Origin: a virus
Lineage: Duplodnaviria; Caudoviricetes
IMG/VR virus record: IMGVR_UViG_3300036985_004801
Location: 1-54,321 of that record
Length of the DNA stretch: 54,321 nt
Strand: one strand, 5' to 3'
The notes beneath the pieces were generated by a model that worked only from the letters and a program-made list of their open reading frames with translations, did not search any database and was not told the DNA's origin. Shown here piece by piece: positions 9,216 through 17,405 of this stretch (position 1 is the stretch's first letter; each line of letters opens with the position of its first letter). The translations under genes and the position numbers were made by a program.

Positions 9216-9843
9216 AGATAAAATAATAAGTAGTAGTAATGGTATAAACTTTACTAAAGAAACAGACTCAAGTGCTGATTGGTCAAGTATTGCTAATAGT
9301 ACATATTTTAGAGATGTTGCTGATGGATTAATACATTATAAAAATTCAGCAGGAACTGTATTAGAAATATATGGTGCAAGTAATACTGCGGTTGGGTTTT
9401 CACCTCAAGATGTATCTTCTGCTGATACAGCACCAAACGCTGCATCAACTCAATATTATTATCAAACAATTAGTACTGTTACAGGAACTATATCTAAAGT
9501 AAAAATGTGGGGTTTTTCTGGTACTGATATAGTTTATTTTGGGATTTATAGAGGTCGTTTAGGTAGTACATTGACTTTAATAGGTCAAGGTGCTGCAGCA
9601 TGTTCTATTGGACCAAATGAAATTTCACTTACAGCAGAAGTAGGTCAGACATTAAACTTAGTAGTTGGAGAAAATCTTGTTGTAGGTTACTATGCAGATG
9701 GAATTTCTTGGAGAACTATATATGATGTAGGAATCTCAGATGCTTTATTTGGAATAACTAATACAGCAAATATAACAACTATGCCTACAGCACCAACTGG
9801 AACTGCTACTGGAATTAGATTTGCATGTACATTATATTCATAA
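9205..9843 (+). CDS. putative structural/fibre-tip protein
   Basis: 212 aa, T/G/S-rich with beta-sandwich-like C-terminus. Confidence 0.55.
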   Translation: MAIRDKIISSSNGINFTKETDSSADWSSIANSTYFRDVADGLIHYKNSAGTVLEIYGASNTAVGFSPQDVSSADTAPNAASTQYYYQTISTVTGTISKVKMWGFSGTDIVYFGIYRGRLGSTLTLIGQGAAACSIGPNEISLTAEVGQTLNLVVGENLVVGYYADGISWRTIYDVGISDALFGITNTANITTMPTAPTGTATGIRFACTLYS

Positions 9844-9858
9844 AGTTAATTTAAAAAA

Positions 9859-10386
9859 ATGAAAACAATAATAAGTAAATTAGTAATGTCAGCTGGATAT
9901 AAAAGCACTGATCATTTTTTAAACAGTTCTTTCCATCCAAACTTACTTGGATTTGGTGCAACTCTTAGTACAATTCTTGCATCAATTGCTTATTATTTTA
10001 ATGCAGTGTTTGGAATAGAATTACCAGTAGGAATTGTTTTAGTGATATTATTTTCATTAGAAATGTTTACTGGTATCAAAGCTAGTAGAAAAGAAAATAA
10101 ATCTTTTGATTCAGAATTATTTGGTAAAGGTTGGTTAAAACTTCTAGTTTATATGATTATGATTGGGTGTTCAAACATTTTATCTATATATATTCCTGTT
10201 AAAAGTTTTTTTACATGGAATTTTAATATATATTCGTGGTTGCATTATGGGTTTTATAATTTCATAATTATTAATTTAATCTGGTCAAACTTAGAAAACT
10301 TTAAAAGATTAGGTTGGATGGAATATATTCCTATACTCAAACAGTTGTCAAAGTATATTAAAGATGAACCAACTATAAAAGAATAA
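9859..10386 (+). CDS. holin
   Basis: Several hydrophobic helices; EMFTGI...S and SNLENF patterns of the phage holin 4-1/toxin-secretion family; directly precedes lysozyme. Confidence 0.75.
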   Translation: MKTIISKLVMSAGYKSTDHFLNSSFHPNLLGFGATLSTILASIAYYFNAVFGIELPVGIVLVILFSLEMFTGIKASRKENKSFDSELFGKGWLKLLVYMIMIGCSNILSIYIPVKSFFTWNFNIYSWLHYGFYNFIIINLIWSNLENFKRLGWMEYIPILKQLSKYIKDEPTIKE

Positions 10387-10832
10387 TGAAGACATCACAA
10401 CAAGGCATAGATCTAATTAAATATTTTGAGGGATGTAAGCTAAAAGCTTATGTTGATCCTGGAACTGGTGGATTACCAATTACTATTGGGTATGGTAACA
10501 CAGCTAGAAAGGATGGAAGCAAGTTTAAACTGGGTGATAAGATTACTCAAGAAAGAGCTAATGAATTATTTTTAGAAATGCTACCTAAGTATGAAGCAAC
10601 TGTAATCAAAAACATAAAGGTTATTTTAAACCAAAACCAATTTGATGCTCTTGTATCTTTCTGTTGGAACTGTGGTAGTTCAGAAGCTTTATTTAGATTG
10701 ATTAATCAAAAAGCAACTAATGAGATTATCTATGCATGGTGGATTAACCATTATGTTACAGGAGGTGGAAAATTACTTCCAGGATTACTAAAGAGAAGAA
10801 GAAAAGAGGCAGATTTATTTATTAAAAATTAA
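10386..10832 (+). CDS. endolysin, GH24 phage lysozyme
   Basis: IKYFEG...AYVD...TIGYG, NQNQFDALVSF and GLLKRRRKEADLF are canonical lysozyme motifs. Confidence 0.92.
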   Translation: MKTSQQGIDLIKYFEGCKLKAYVDPGTGGLPITIGYGNTARKDGSKFKLGDKITQERANELFLEMLPKYEATVIKNIKVILNQNQFDALVSFCWNCGSSEALFRLINQKATNEIIYAWWINHYVTGGGKLLPGLLKRRRKEADLFIKN

Positions 10833-10836
10833 TATT

Positions 10837-11064
10837 ATGGAAAATTTAATTAAAAGATGGAATGCTAAAACTCCAACATTCTGGAAAAAAGTACAAAAAA
10901 TTGCTATTGTTTCAGGAGCTATAGCAGGAGTATTATTAGCTCTTCCACTTAGTTTACCTATCGCTATAGTAACTACAGCTGGATATGTTGTAACTGTTAG
11001 TGCTACTATAGCTACTACAGCACAATTAACAAAAGAAGATTTAGTAGAAGTTAATCAAAATTAA
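10837..11064 (+). CDS. small two-TM membrane protein, putative second holin
   Basis: Basic N-terminus RWNAKTPTFWKK followed by two hydrophobic segments; within the lysis cluster. Confidence 0.6.
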   Translation: MENLIKRWNAKTPTFWKKVQKIAIVSGAIAGVLLALPLSLPIAIVTTAGYVVTVSATIATTAQLTKEDLVEVNQN

Positions 11065-11068
11065 TATT

Positions 11069-11665
11069 ATGATTTTAAGTCAAGTTAGAAATGCTATTAA
11101 TACCAAAGGGTACAAATGGTTTGAAGATACTGATAATAAAGGCTATGATGTTAATATAGTAGGTGTACGTAATAGTTCTACTGGTAGAAAAGTTACTAAT
11201 GTATTTGATGATCTTATTACAATATCATATAAAGATGATAAAGGTGTATGGCAATACCATGAATGGATGAATACAACTGAGCCAGGTAAAAAAGGTGTAA
11301 TGCAGTATCATAATCCTAAAGGTGTAGCAAGACTTATTCCTGGACAATACAGAGGTGTGTGGTCTATTGATAAGCATCAAGGTAAATATGAAGCCCTGTG
11401 TCAAAGAAATGGTACTGTAGCAATTTTTAGAGATAATAATAAAGACATGACCTTTGATGATATAACTAGAGATAATGGTATGTTTGGTATTAATATCCAC
11501 AAAGCAGGTCAAGATTCTACATGGGTAGAAAACTGGAGTGAAGGCTGTCAAGTATTCAAAAGAGTAAAAGACTTTGATGCATTTATGAAGATCTGTAGAA
11601 TAGCAGCAAAAATACATGGTAACAAGTTCTCTTATACATTAATTGAATCTAAAGATATAGTGTAA
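11069..11665 (+). CDS. putative peptidoglycan-active enzyme with L,D-transpeptidase-like His/Cys motif
   Basis: GINIHKAG...WSEGCQV resembles the YkuD H-x(14-17)-SxGC catalytic signature; located in lysis cluster. Confidence 0.55.
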   Translation: MILSQVRNAINTKGYKWFEDTDNKGYDVNIVGVRNSSTGRKVTNVFDDLITISYKDDKGVWQYHEWMNTTEPGKKGVMQYHNPKGVARLIPGQYRGVWSIDKHQGKYEALCQRNGTVAIFRDNNKDMTFDDITRDNGMFGINIHKAGQDSTWVENWSEGCQVFKRVKDFDAFMKICRIAAKIHGNKFSYTLIESKDIV

Positions 11666-11958
11666 TGGCAAGAAATTCATTAGCTGGTAAATCCACAGGT
11701 ACAAGCAAGTCAGCAAAATACTTTGCAGAGAATGCTGATGCAAGGAAAAAAAAGAATGCATATAATACAGCATACCATGCAACACCAGCTCGTGTTAAAT
11801 ATAGAGAAGGATTAAATGCAGCAAATAGAAAATCTGGTACTTATGGTAATGGAGATGGCCAAGATAAATCTCATACTAAAAAAGGTACATTAGTAAGTGA
11901 AAAGGCTTCAACTAATAGAGCTAGAAATGGCAAAGGTGGCAAGTCTTCTAAAAAGTAA
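11665..11958 (+). CDS. small basic protein, degenerate HNH-like
   Basis: GDGQDKSH...NRARN pattern like small phage HNH-type proteins; K/R-rich. Confidence 0.5.
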   Translation: MARNSLAGKSTGTSKSAKYFAENADARKKKNAYNTAYHATPARVKYREGLNAANRKSGTYGNGDGQDKSHTKKGTLVSEKASTNRARNGKGGKSSKK

Positions 11959-11987
11959 TTCGCTATAATAAACTATAATTGCTTAAT

Positions 11988-12016
11988 AAAACATTCAGAG
12001 ATGGATGTTTTTTTTT
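11988..12016 (+). terminator. intrinsic terminator
   Basis: AAAACATTCA-GAGA-TGGATGTTTT plus long T-run. Confidence 0.75.
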
Positions 12017-12048
12017 GCTTAAACAATAAATAGTTAAACATTTATTAT

Positions 12049-12056
12049 TATATTTG
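12049..12056 (+). promoter_or_regulatory. Bacteroidota-type -7 box (TATATTTG)
   Basis: After terminator, 20 nt upstream of ATG 12077. Confidence 0.65.
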
Positions 12057-12076
12057 TCTAATAAACAATAAATGTT

Positions 12077-12358
12077 ATGTCAGAAAATACCAACCAAGAA
12101 AAACGCGATTACACTGAAGCAGAGATACTTGAGATTCGCAAGAAAACTATTGCTCATTATGAAGAGCAAGAGAGTGTACTACGCATTCAATGCTTAGTAG
12201 AAAAACTAAAAGCAGGAATTAAGAAAGCTCAATTTGAAGCACTAGAGTATAGCATCAAATTTATGCAACTAAGTTTTGCTATGCAAGAAGCTGATAAGGA
12301 AGCTGAGGCTGAAGAAAAAGATAAGGGTGCTGATTTAGATATTGATAAAAAAGAATAG
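12077..12358 (+). CDS. hypothetical coiled-coil protein
   Basis: 93 aa, helical, acidic tail; first gene of the packaging operon. Confidence 0.7.
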   Translation: MSENTNQEKRDYTEAEILEIRKKTIAHYEEQESVLRIQCLVEKLKAGIKKAQFEALEYSIKFMQLSFAMQEADKEAEAEEKDKGADLDIDKKE

Positions 12359-12360
12359 AT

Positions 12361-12732
12361 ATGGCAAAGGCATTAGTTGTAAATAAACAAGTATCTTTAT
12401 CTTTAATTGATATTATAAAATTTCAATTAAACATGCACTGTTTTACTAATAAAATAAGATTAAGCCCTGCACAGTTAGATTGCTTATCTTTGTTAGGATT
12501 ATATGGAGATATTAATATGTCTGATTTTTGTAATGAAGTAGTATCAGAAGAGATCTTTGGAAATGTTCAAACTACAAGAAACTTTATTACAAAGTGTGTT
12601 GCAGATAATCTTGTTTATAGAAGTGGCTTGGGTAACAAGTTAGTATCCCTTACTAAAGAACTAGCAGTTCTAACAGAGGGAACAATATTATTAAACTTAA
12701 AAATATATCATCTTGAGGCCAACGAAGGGTAA
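12361..12732 (+). CDS. putative winged-HTH DNA-binding protein
   Basis: RLSPAQLDCLSLL...NVQTTRNFITKC...LV pattern is MarR/wHTH-like. Confidence 0.5.
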   Translation: MAKALVVNKQVSLSLIDIIKFQLNMHCFTNKIRLSPAQLDCLSLLGLYGDINMSDFCNEVVSEEIFGNVQTTRNFITKCVADNLVYRSGLGNKLVSLTKELAVLTEGTILLNLKIYHLEANEG

Positions 12733-13078
12733 AGATTTGATTAGTAAGACTGCACTTGATTTAAACTTATCAGAAGATTTGGTTAGAGATGTTGTGGATT
12801 TTTATTATTCTATAGTGATTAAGAAAATAGAAGCTTTAGAAACCCCAACACTATACCTTCATGGTTTAGGTACTATAAGATTAAGTAGAAAGAAATTGCA
12901 AAAAGAAATTGATGGTCTAAACTTTTTTCTGAATAGTACTTCTCCAGAAGATTTTAAAAGAGTGATTAAGTATAATTTTTCTAAAGTTGTACTTGCTAAA
13001 AAGATTAGAGCATTAGAAATATGTAATGAGTATTATAAAGACATGTATGAAAAGCGTTATAAAGATTTGGAAAAATAA
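12713..13078 (+). CDS. HU/IHF-like DNA-binding protein
   Basis: KDLISKTALDLNLSEDLVRDVV...LYLHGLGTI matches the HU/IHF fold pattern; TTG start. Confidence 0.65.
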   Translation: MRPTKGKDLISKTALDLNLSEDLVRDVVDFYYSIVIKKIEALETPTLYLHGLGTIRLSRKKLQKEIDGLNFFLNSTSPEDFKRVIKYNFSKVVLAKKIRALEICNEYYKDMYEKRYKDLEK

Positions 13079-13367
13079 AGGGCAAATCCTTGAGGGTATA
13101 AAGAATAACATCTTTAAAACTGAACATATAGAGGAAGTTGCTAGAGAAAGAAAACTAATTTGTGATGGTTGTCCATTATTAGATAATGTTGGATCAACTT
13201 GTTTAGTTCCTGGAACTGGACCTTGTTGTGGAAGTTGTGGATGCAGCATGAAATTAAAACTAAGAGCATTGAGTGCAGATTGTCCTGAAGGTAAATGGGA
13301 TGCTATATTATCTCATGAAGAAAATTATTTGTTAAATAAAAACTTACAAGAGGATGTTCCAGAATAA
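13047..13367 (+). CDS. Cys-rich zinc-binding protein
   Basis: ERxxICxxCP...CGxCGC...CPxGKW motif; start taken at ATG 13047 (track starts at 13026). Confidence 0.65.
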   Translation: MKSVIKIWKNKGQILEGIKNNIFKTEHIEEVARERKLICDGCPLLDNVGSTCLVPGTGPCCGSCGCSMKLKLRALSADCPEGKWDAILSHEENYLLNKNLQEDVPE

Positions 13368-13390
13368 TCTAACTATAATCTACAAAATAT

Positions 13391-13672
13391 ATGACAGATT
13401 TTAATTCAAAAGTTTTATATAAAGAAATGTTGAGTTTTTACAGTAAGAAACTAGAAGGTCAAAAAGACATTACTGTTTGGACAGGTGAAGGAGGCTTGGC
13501 TGAAATAAATAGACGAATTAGGCAATCACCAATACGTGAGCATTTAAAAGCAGCAAGAGATTTAGGCACAGTGACTGTAACAAGATCTAGAAAACTTATA
13601 GGAATGTTAGATAGTCCTGATACAGAAGTTCAAAAATTAGCAGAAGGAATTATTTTAGGATTAAAAATATAG
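13391..13672 (+). CDS. small protein whose N-terminal half resembles a major capsid protein segment
   Basis: DFNSKVLYKEMLSFYSKKLE..KDITVWTGEGGLAEINRRIR aligns by eye with MCP DFKLDIFRSEIFNFFNGKVD..RELIVQTGMGGMRMINEAIK. Confidence 0.6.
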   Translation: MTDFNSKVLYKEMLSFYSKKLEGQKDITVWTGEGGLAEINRRIRQSPIREHLKAARDLGTVTVTRSRKLIGMLDSPDTEVQKLAEGIILGLKI

Positions 13673-13675
13673 AAT

Positions 13676-14515
13676 ATGGCAATTAAATTTTATGCAGAAG
13701 ATCATAAGTATATCAGTATTGATGAAAGAGATCCTATTGATTGGATAAGTGTAACAAGACTAATCCATTATTTTAAAATTCCTTTTGATAAAAAACTACA
13801 AGCAGAAAAATGTGCTACTGGTAAAAATCCTAAGTATAATAAAATGACTCCTCAAGAAATTATTGATCTTTGGGACAAGGAAAATAAAAGAGCTATTTCT
13901 GTAGGATCGTGGTATCATGATCAAAGAGAGAAAGATGTTCTTGCTTGTAATACAATTACCAGGAAAGGTAAAGAGTTAACTATAATTAATCCTTTGATGG
14001 AAGGTTTAGTAAAATTAGCTCCTGATCAACAATTAGTAGAGGGAATGTATCCTGAACACTTAGTTTATTTAAAATCTGTTGGAGTTTGTGGTCAGGGAGA
14101 TAGAATTGAGGTAATTGATGATATGATTGATGTATATGATTACAAAACAAATAAAGTAATTAATAAAGAAAGTTTTGTTGATTGGAGTGGTAATCGCAAA
14201 AAAATGACAGGACCTCTTGCACATTTAGATGAATGCAATTACAATGAATATGCTTTACAGTTAAGTACTTACATGTACATTATGCTAAAACATAATTTTA
14301 ATTTGAAGCCAGGTAAAATACAATTAGATCATATAGAATTTGAGATAGATAGTTTAGATAAAAATGGTTATCCAATTATTGCTACAGATGCTAAAGGAGA
14401 TCCTCTAGTTAAAAAGGTTATTCCTTATGAGTTACCATATATGAAAAAAGAAGTTATTGCAATGTTTAAGTATGTACAAGAAAATAGAGAAAAAATATTA
14501 AATCATGGCAATTAA
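13676..14515 (+). CDS. PD-(D/E)xK nuclease (Cas4/RecB-like exonuclease)
   Basis: SVT...GSWYH...E...CGQGD...DYKT...YALQLSTY motifs. Confidence 0.8.
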   Translation: MAIKFYAEDHKYISIDERDPIDWISVTRLIHYFKIPFDKKLQAEKCATGKNPKYNKMTPQEIIDLWDKENKRAISVGSWYHDQREKDVLACNTITRKGKELTIINPLMEGLVKLAPDQQLVEGMYPEHLVYLKSVGVCGQGDRIEVIDDMIDVYDYKTNKVINKESFVDWSGNRKKMTGPLAHLDECNYNEYALQLSTYMYIMLKHNFNLKPGKIQLDHIEFEIDSLDKNGYPIIATDAKGDPLVKKVIPYELPYMKKEVIAMFKYVQENREKILNHGN

Positions 14516-15017
14516 ACTATTTGATACAGTAAATGGAAAAGTTGTGGCAACTGAACATTGTCATACTATTCCATTTCTAAGAAGAATAATGGAAGAGTAC
14601 CCTGACAACCATATTCATATTTATGCATATCTTTTTTATATGTCTTGCAGAAGTTCTGAAAATCCATATTTTAATAGACCACAGGAGGAAGTACAAGATG
14701 AGATCTTACAAGATTTAGAAGTAACTTTTGATCCTGAGGATAGATTAATTAGAATGGGGGTTGATAGATGTAAAGCAATGTATGAAACACCAACCTTGCG
14801 TGCTTACAATGGTATTGCAAACATGCTAGAAAAGCTTGCTTTCTATATGGAAACACAAACTATTACTGATGGTAGAGATGGTAATATAACTGCTATTATT
14901 AGTGCAGCTAAAAACTTTGATTCAATAAGAAAATCATTCAAAGGAGTTGCCAAAGATCTTGAAGAAGAACAATCTTCTAGAGCTAGGGGAGGTCAAAAAC
15001 TAAGTTACGATGATTAA
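14505..15017 (+). CDS. conserved protein upstream of TerL, candidate small terminase subunit
   Basis: 170-aa helical protein overlapping TerL start; position-based call. Confidence 0.45.
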   Translation: MAIKLFDTVNGKVVATEHCHTIPFLRRIMEEYPDNHIHIYAYLFYMSCRSSENPYFNRPQEEVQDEILQDLEVTFDPEDRLIRMGVDRCKAMYETPTLRAYNGIANMLEKLAFYMETQTITDGRDGNITAIISAAKNFDSIRKSFKGVAKDLEEEQSSRARGGQKLSYDD

Positions 15018-17235
15018 AGATAATCTAGGAGAACCGCATGAAGATCTGCCCTTATGGGATAATGGAGTTTGGACTACATATAGTTTTGATACAAGGGAAA
15101 TTATGGCTGATACTTTAGAAGCTGATTATTTTAAAGAACCTGGTCTATATGAGTTTGATGAAATTATTGAAGAGTTTCAGAAGCAAGGATTAAAATTTAA
15201 AAAAGATGGTTATTTCTGTGATGCTGCTGATGGTACTAAAGATTATATAACTTACTGGGAATCTGAAAAACAAAAATCAAGAAAAGGAGTTTTATTTTGG
15301 AAAGGTGATAAAAAGTTTTATTTGCCAAGAGATTATTATTTTTGGATCAACTTTTTACCAATTATAGATAAAGTAAAAAAGAAAACAGATTTTCCTGATA
15401 TTCATGATTCACAATATCATATGGCTTTGTATGAAGCTATTGGTGAATTAAAATATTTGCATGGTGTAATACTTAAAAAGCGTCAGTTTGGATCTTCATT
15501 TTTTCATGGAGCAAAACTTGTAAATATTTTATGGTTTGAATATGGCCCAGTATTAAAAATTGGTTCATCCTTAAGTGCTTATGTTACAGGTGTAAATGGT
15601 ACTTGGAAAATGATCAATGAATACAAAAACTTTCTAAATCAACATACAGCATGGTACAGACCTATGAATCCAAGTGGTGTTGGTGAGTGGCAGCAAAAGA
15701 TTGAGTATGTAGAGAATGGTAGAAAAACTGAAAGAGGAAGAAAAGGTGTACTACAAGCATTATCATTTGAACAATCAGATACAGCAGGGGTAGGGGGTTT
15801 ATGTACTCTATTCTTTTATGAGGAAGCAGGTATTGCTAAATCAATGGATAAAACTTATGAGTTTATGTTGCCTGCACTACAAGCTGGTGAAATTACAACT
15901 GGTTACTTTATTGCTTCAGGTACTGTAGGAGATTTAAAACAATGTGAACCTTTGCGCAAGTTTATGTATAAAGCAAAAGTAAATGGTTTTTATGAAATCC
16001 CTAATAGGTTTTCAGATTCAGAAGGTACAGTTCTTAATACAGGTTTGTTTGTTCCTGAACAATGGTCCATGCTTCCATACATAGATAAGTATGGTAATTC
16101 ATTAGCTGAAGAAGCATTAGCATCTTTACTTGAATTAAAAAAACAATGGAAGAAGGATTTAGATCCTGAAACTTATCAAATTAGAGTATCTCAGCGACCA
16201 TCAAATATGAAGGAAGCATTTGATTACAGAGGTGAAAGTTTGTTTCCACTTGAACTAGTAAAATCACATAAAAGAGATATTGAAGAAGGTGACTACCCAT
16301 ATAAATGTTATAACTTATCCTATGATAATACAGGATCAATTATTGCAGCAGTTACCAACAAAAAACCAATATTACAATTCCCTACAGATAAAACAGCAGA
16401 AGATAAATCAGGAGCTATTCAAGTATGGGAAGAACCAGATGAGGAAAAAGATTTTTGTACAACTTACTATGCAGCAGTCGATCCAGTATCTGAAGGTAAA
16501 ACTGTAACTTCAGATTCTTTATGTTCAATCCATGTTTATAAAAATCCTATTCAAATACAAAGGGTAAAAGAGAATGGAACTGTTGAAACATTTATTGAAG
16601 GAGATAAAATAGTTGCTTCTTGGTGTGGTAGATATGATGATATCAATAAAACACATGAAAGATTAGAATTAATAATTGAATGGTATCAAGCATGGACTGT
16701 TGTAGAGAACAACGTGCCATTGTTTATTCAATATATGCAATTTAAGAGAAAGCAAAAGTATTTAGTTCCATCTACACAGATTGTCTTTTCTAAAGAAATT
16801 CAAGCTTCCAAAACTCAATTCCAACAATATGGTTGGAGGAATGTTTCAACAATATTTAAAACTGTGATGCTGAATTACTTAATTGAGTACCTTAGAGAGG
16901 AACTTGATGAAGAAATTGGAGATGATGGTAAGGTATATAAGAAGCATTATGGTATCTCAAGAATACCTGATTACATGTGTATGATTGAGATGGAACACTA
17001 TCGCCCAGGAGTCAATGTGGATAGAATTGTATCTCTTGCTTCTCTAATTACTTTTGTAAGAATACAAGAAGCTAGCAGAGGTTTAAAGAAAAGAGTTGAA
17101 TATGATAATGAAGAATATTTGGATAAGTCAGAAAATTTGTATAAATTAAGTAAGAGTCCCTATAGACACATGGGAGCAAATAGTGAATCTTTGAGTATGA
17201 AAAAACCAAGGAATCCATTTAAAAATTTTAAATAA
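15010..17235 (+). CDS. terL: terminase large subunit
   Basis: Walker A-like LKKRQFGSS, Walker B FFYEEAG, GT coupling motif, nuclease-domain AVDP, VVENN and NVDR. Confidence 0.9.
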   Translation: MIKDNLGEPHEDLPLWDNGVWTTYSFDTREIMADTLEADYFKEPGLYEFDEIIEEFQKQGLKFKKDGYFCDAADGTKDYITYWESEKQKSRKGVLFWKGDKKFYLPRDYYFWINFLPIIDKVKKKTDFPDIHDSQYHMALYEAIGELKYLHGVILKKRQFGSSFFHGAKLVNILWFEYGPVLKIGSSLSAYVTGVNGTWKMINEYKNFLNQHTAWYRPMNPSGVGEWQQKIEYVENGRKTERGRKGVLQALSFEQSDTAGVGGLCTLFFYEEAGIAKSMDKTYEFMLPALQAGEITTGYFIASGTVGDLKQCEPLRKFMYKAKVNGFYEIPNRFSDSEGTVLNTGLFVPEQWSMLPYIDKYGNSLAEEALASLLELKKQWKKDLDPETYQIRVSQRPSNMKEAFDYRGESLFPLELVKSHKRDIEEGDYPYKCYNLSYDNTGSIIAAVTNKKPILQFPTDKTAEDKSGAIQVWEEPDEEKDFCTTYYAAVDPVSEGKTVTSDSLCSIHVYKNPIQIQRVKENGTVETFIEGDKIVASWCGRYDDINKTHERLELIIEWYQAWTVVENNVPLFIQYMQFKRKQKYLVPSTQIVFSKEIQASKTQFQQYGWRNVSTIFKTVMLNYLIEYLREELDEEIGDDGKVYKKHYGISRIPDYMCMIEMEHYRPGVNVDRIVSLASLITFVRIQEASRGLKKRVEYDNEEYLDKSENLYKLSKSPYRHMGANSESLSMKKPRNPFKNFK

Positions 17236-17405
17236 TGGAAGAAGAAAAAGTATTTACTTTAAAACAACATTTAGAAGCAATTGCTCTTGCTTATGTAACT
17301 GGTAAAACTAAGGTTGCTGTAAAAGAAAAAGAAAATATGATTGAACATATGAAAGTTAGTTCTACTAACTGGGCAAAAATTTTGATTAATAAAACTGAAG
17401 ACTGA
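17235..17405 (+). CDS. hypothetical protein, 56 aa
   Basis: Not in track; MEEEKVFTLKQHLEAIA...; stop/start overlaps with both TerL (TAATG) and portal (TGATG). Confidence 0.65.
   Translation: MEEEKVFTLKQHLEAIALAYVTGKTKVAVKEKENMIEHMKVSSTNWAKILINKTED

Noticed and set aside
13676-14515. Cas4 as part of a CRISPR-Cas system
   Set aside because: Stand-alone phage PD-(D/E)xK nuclease; no Cas4 Fe-S cysteine cluster at the C-terminus, no cas1/cas2 or array.
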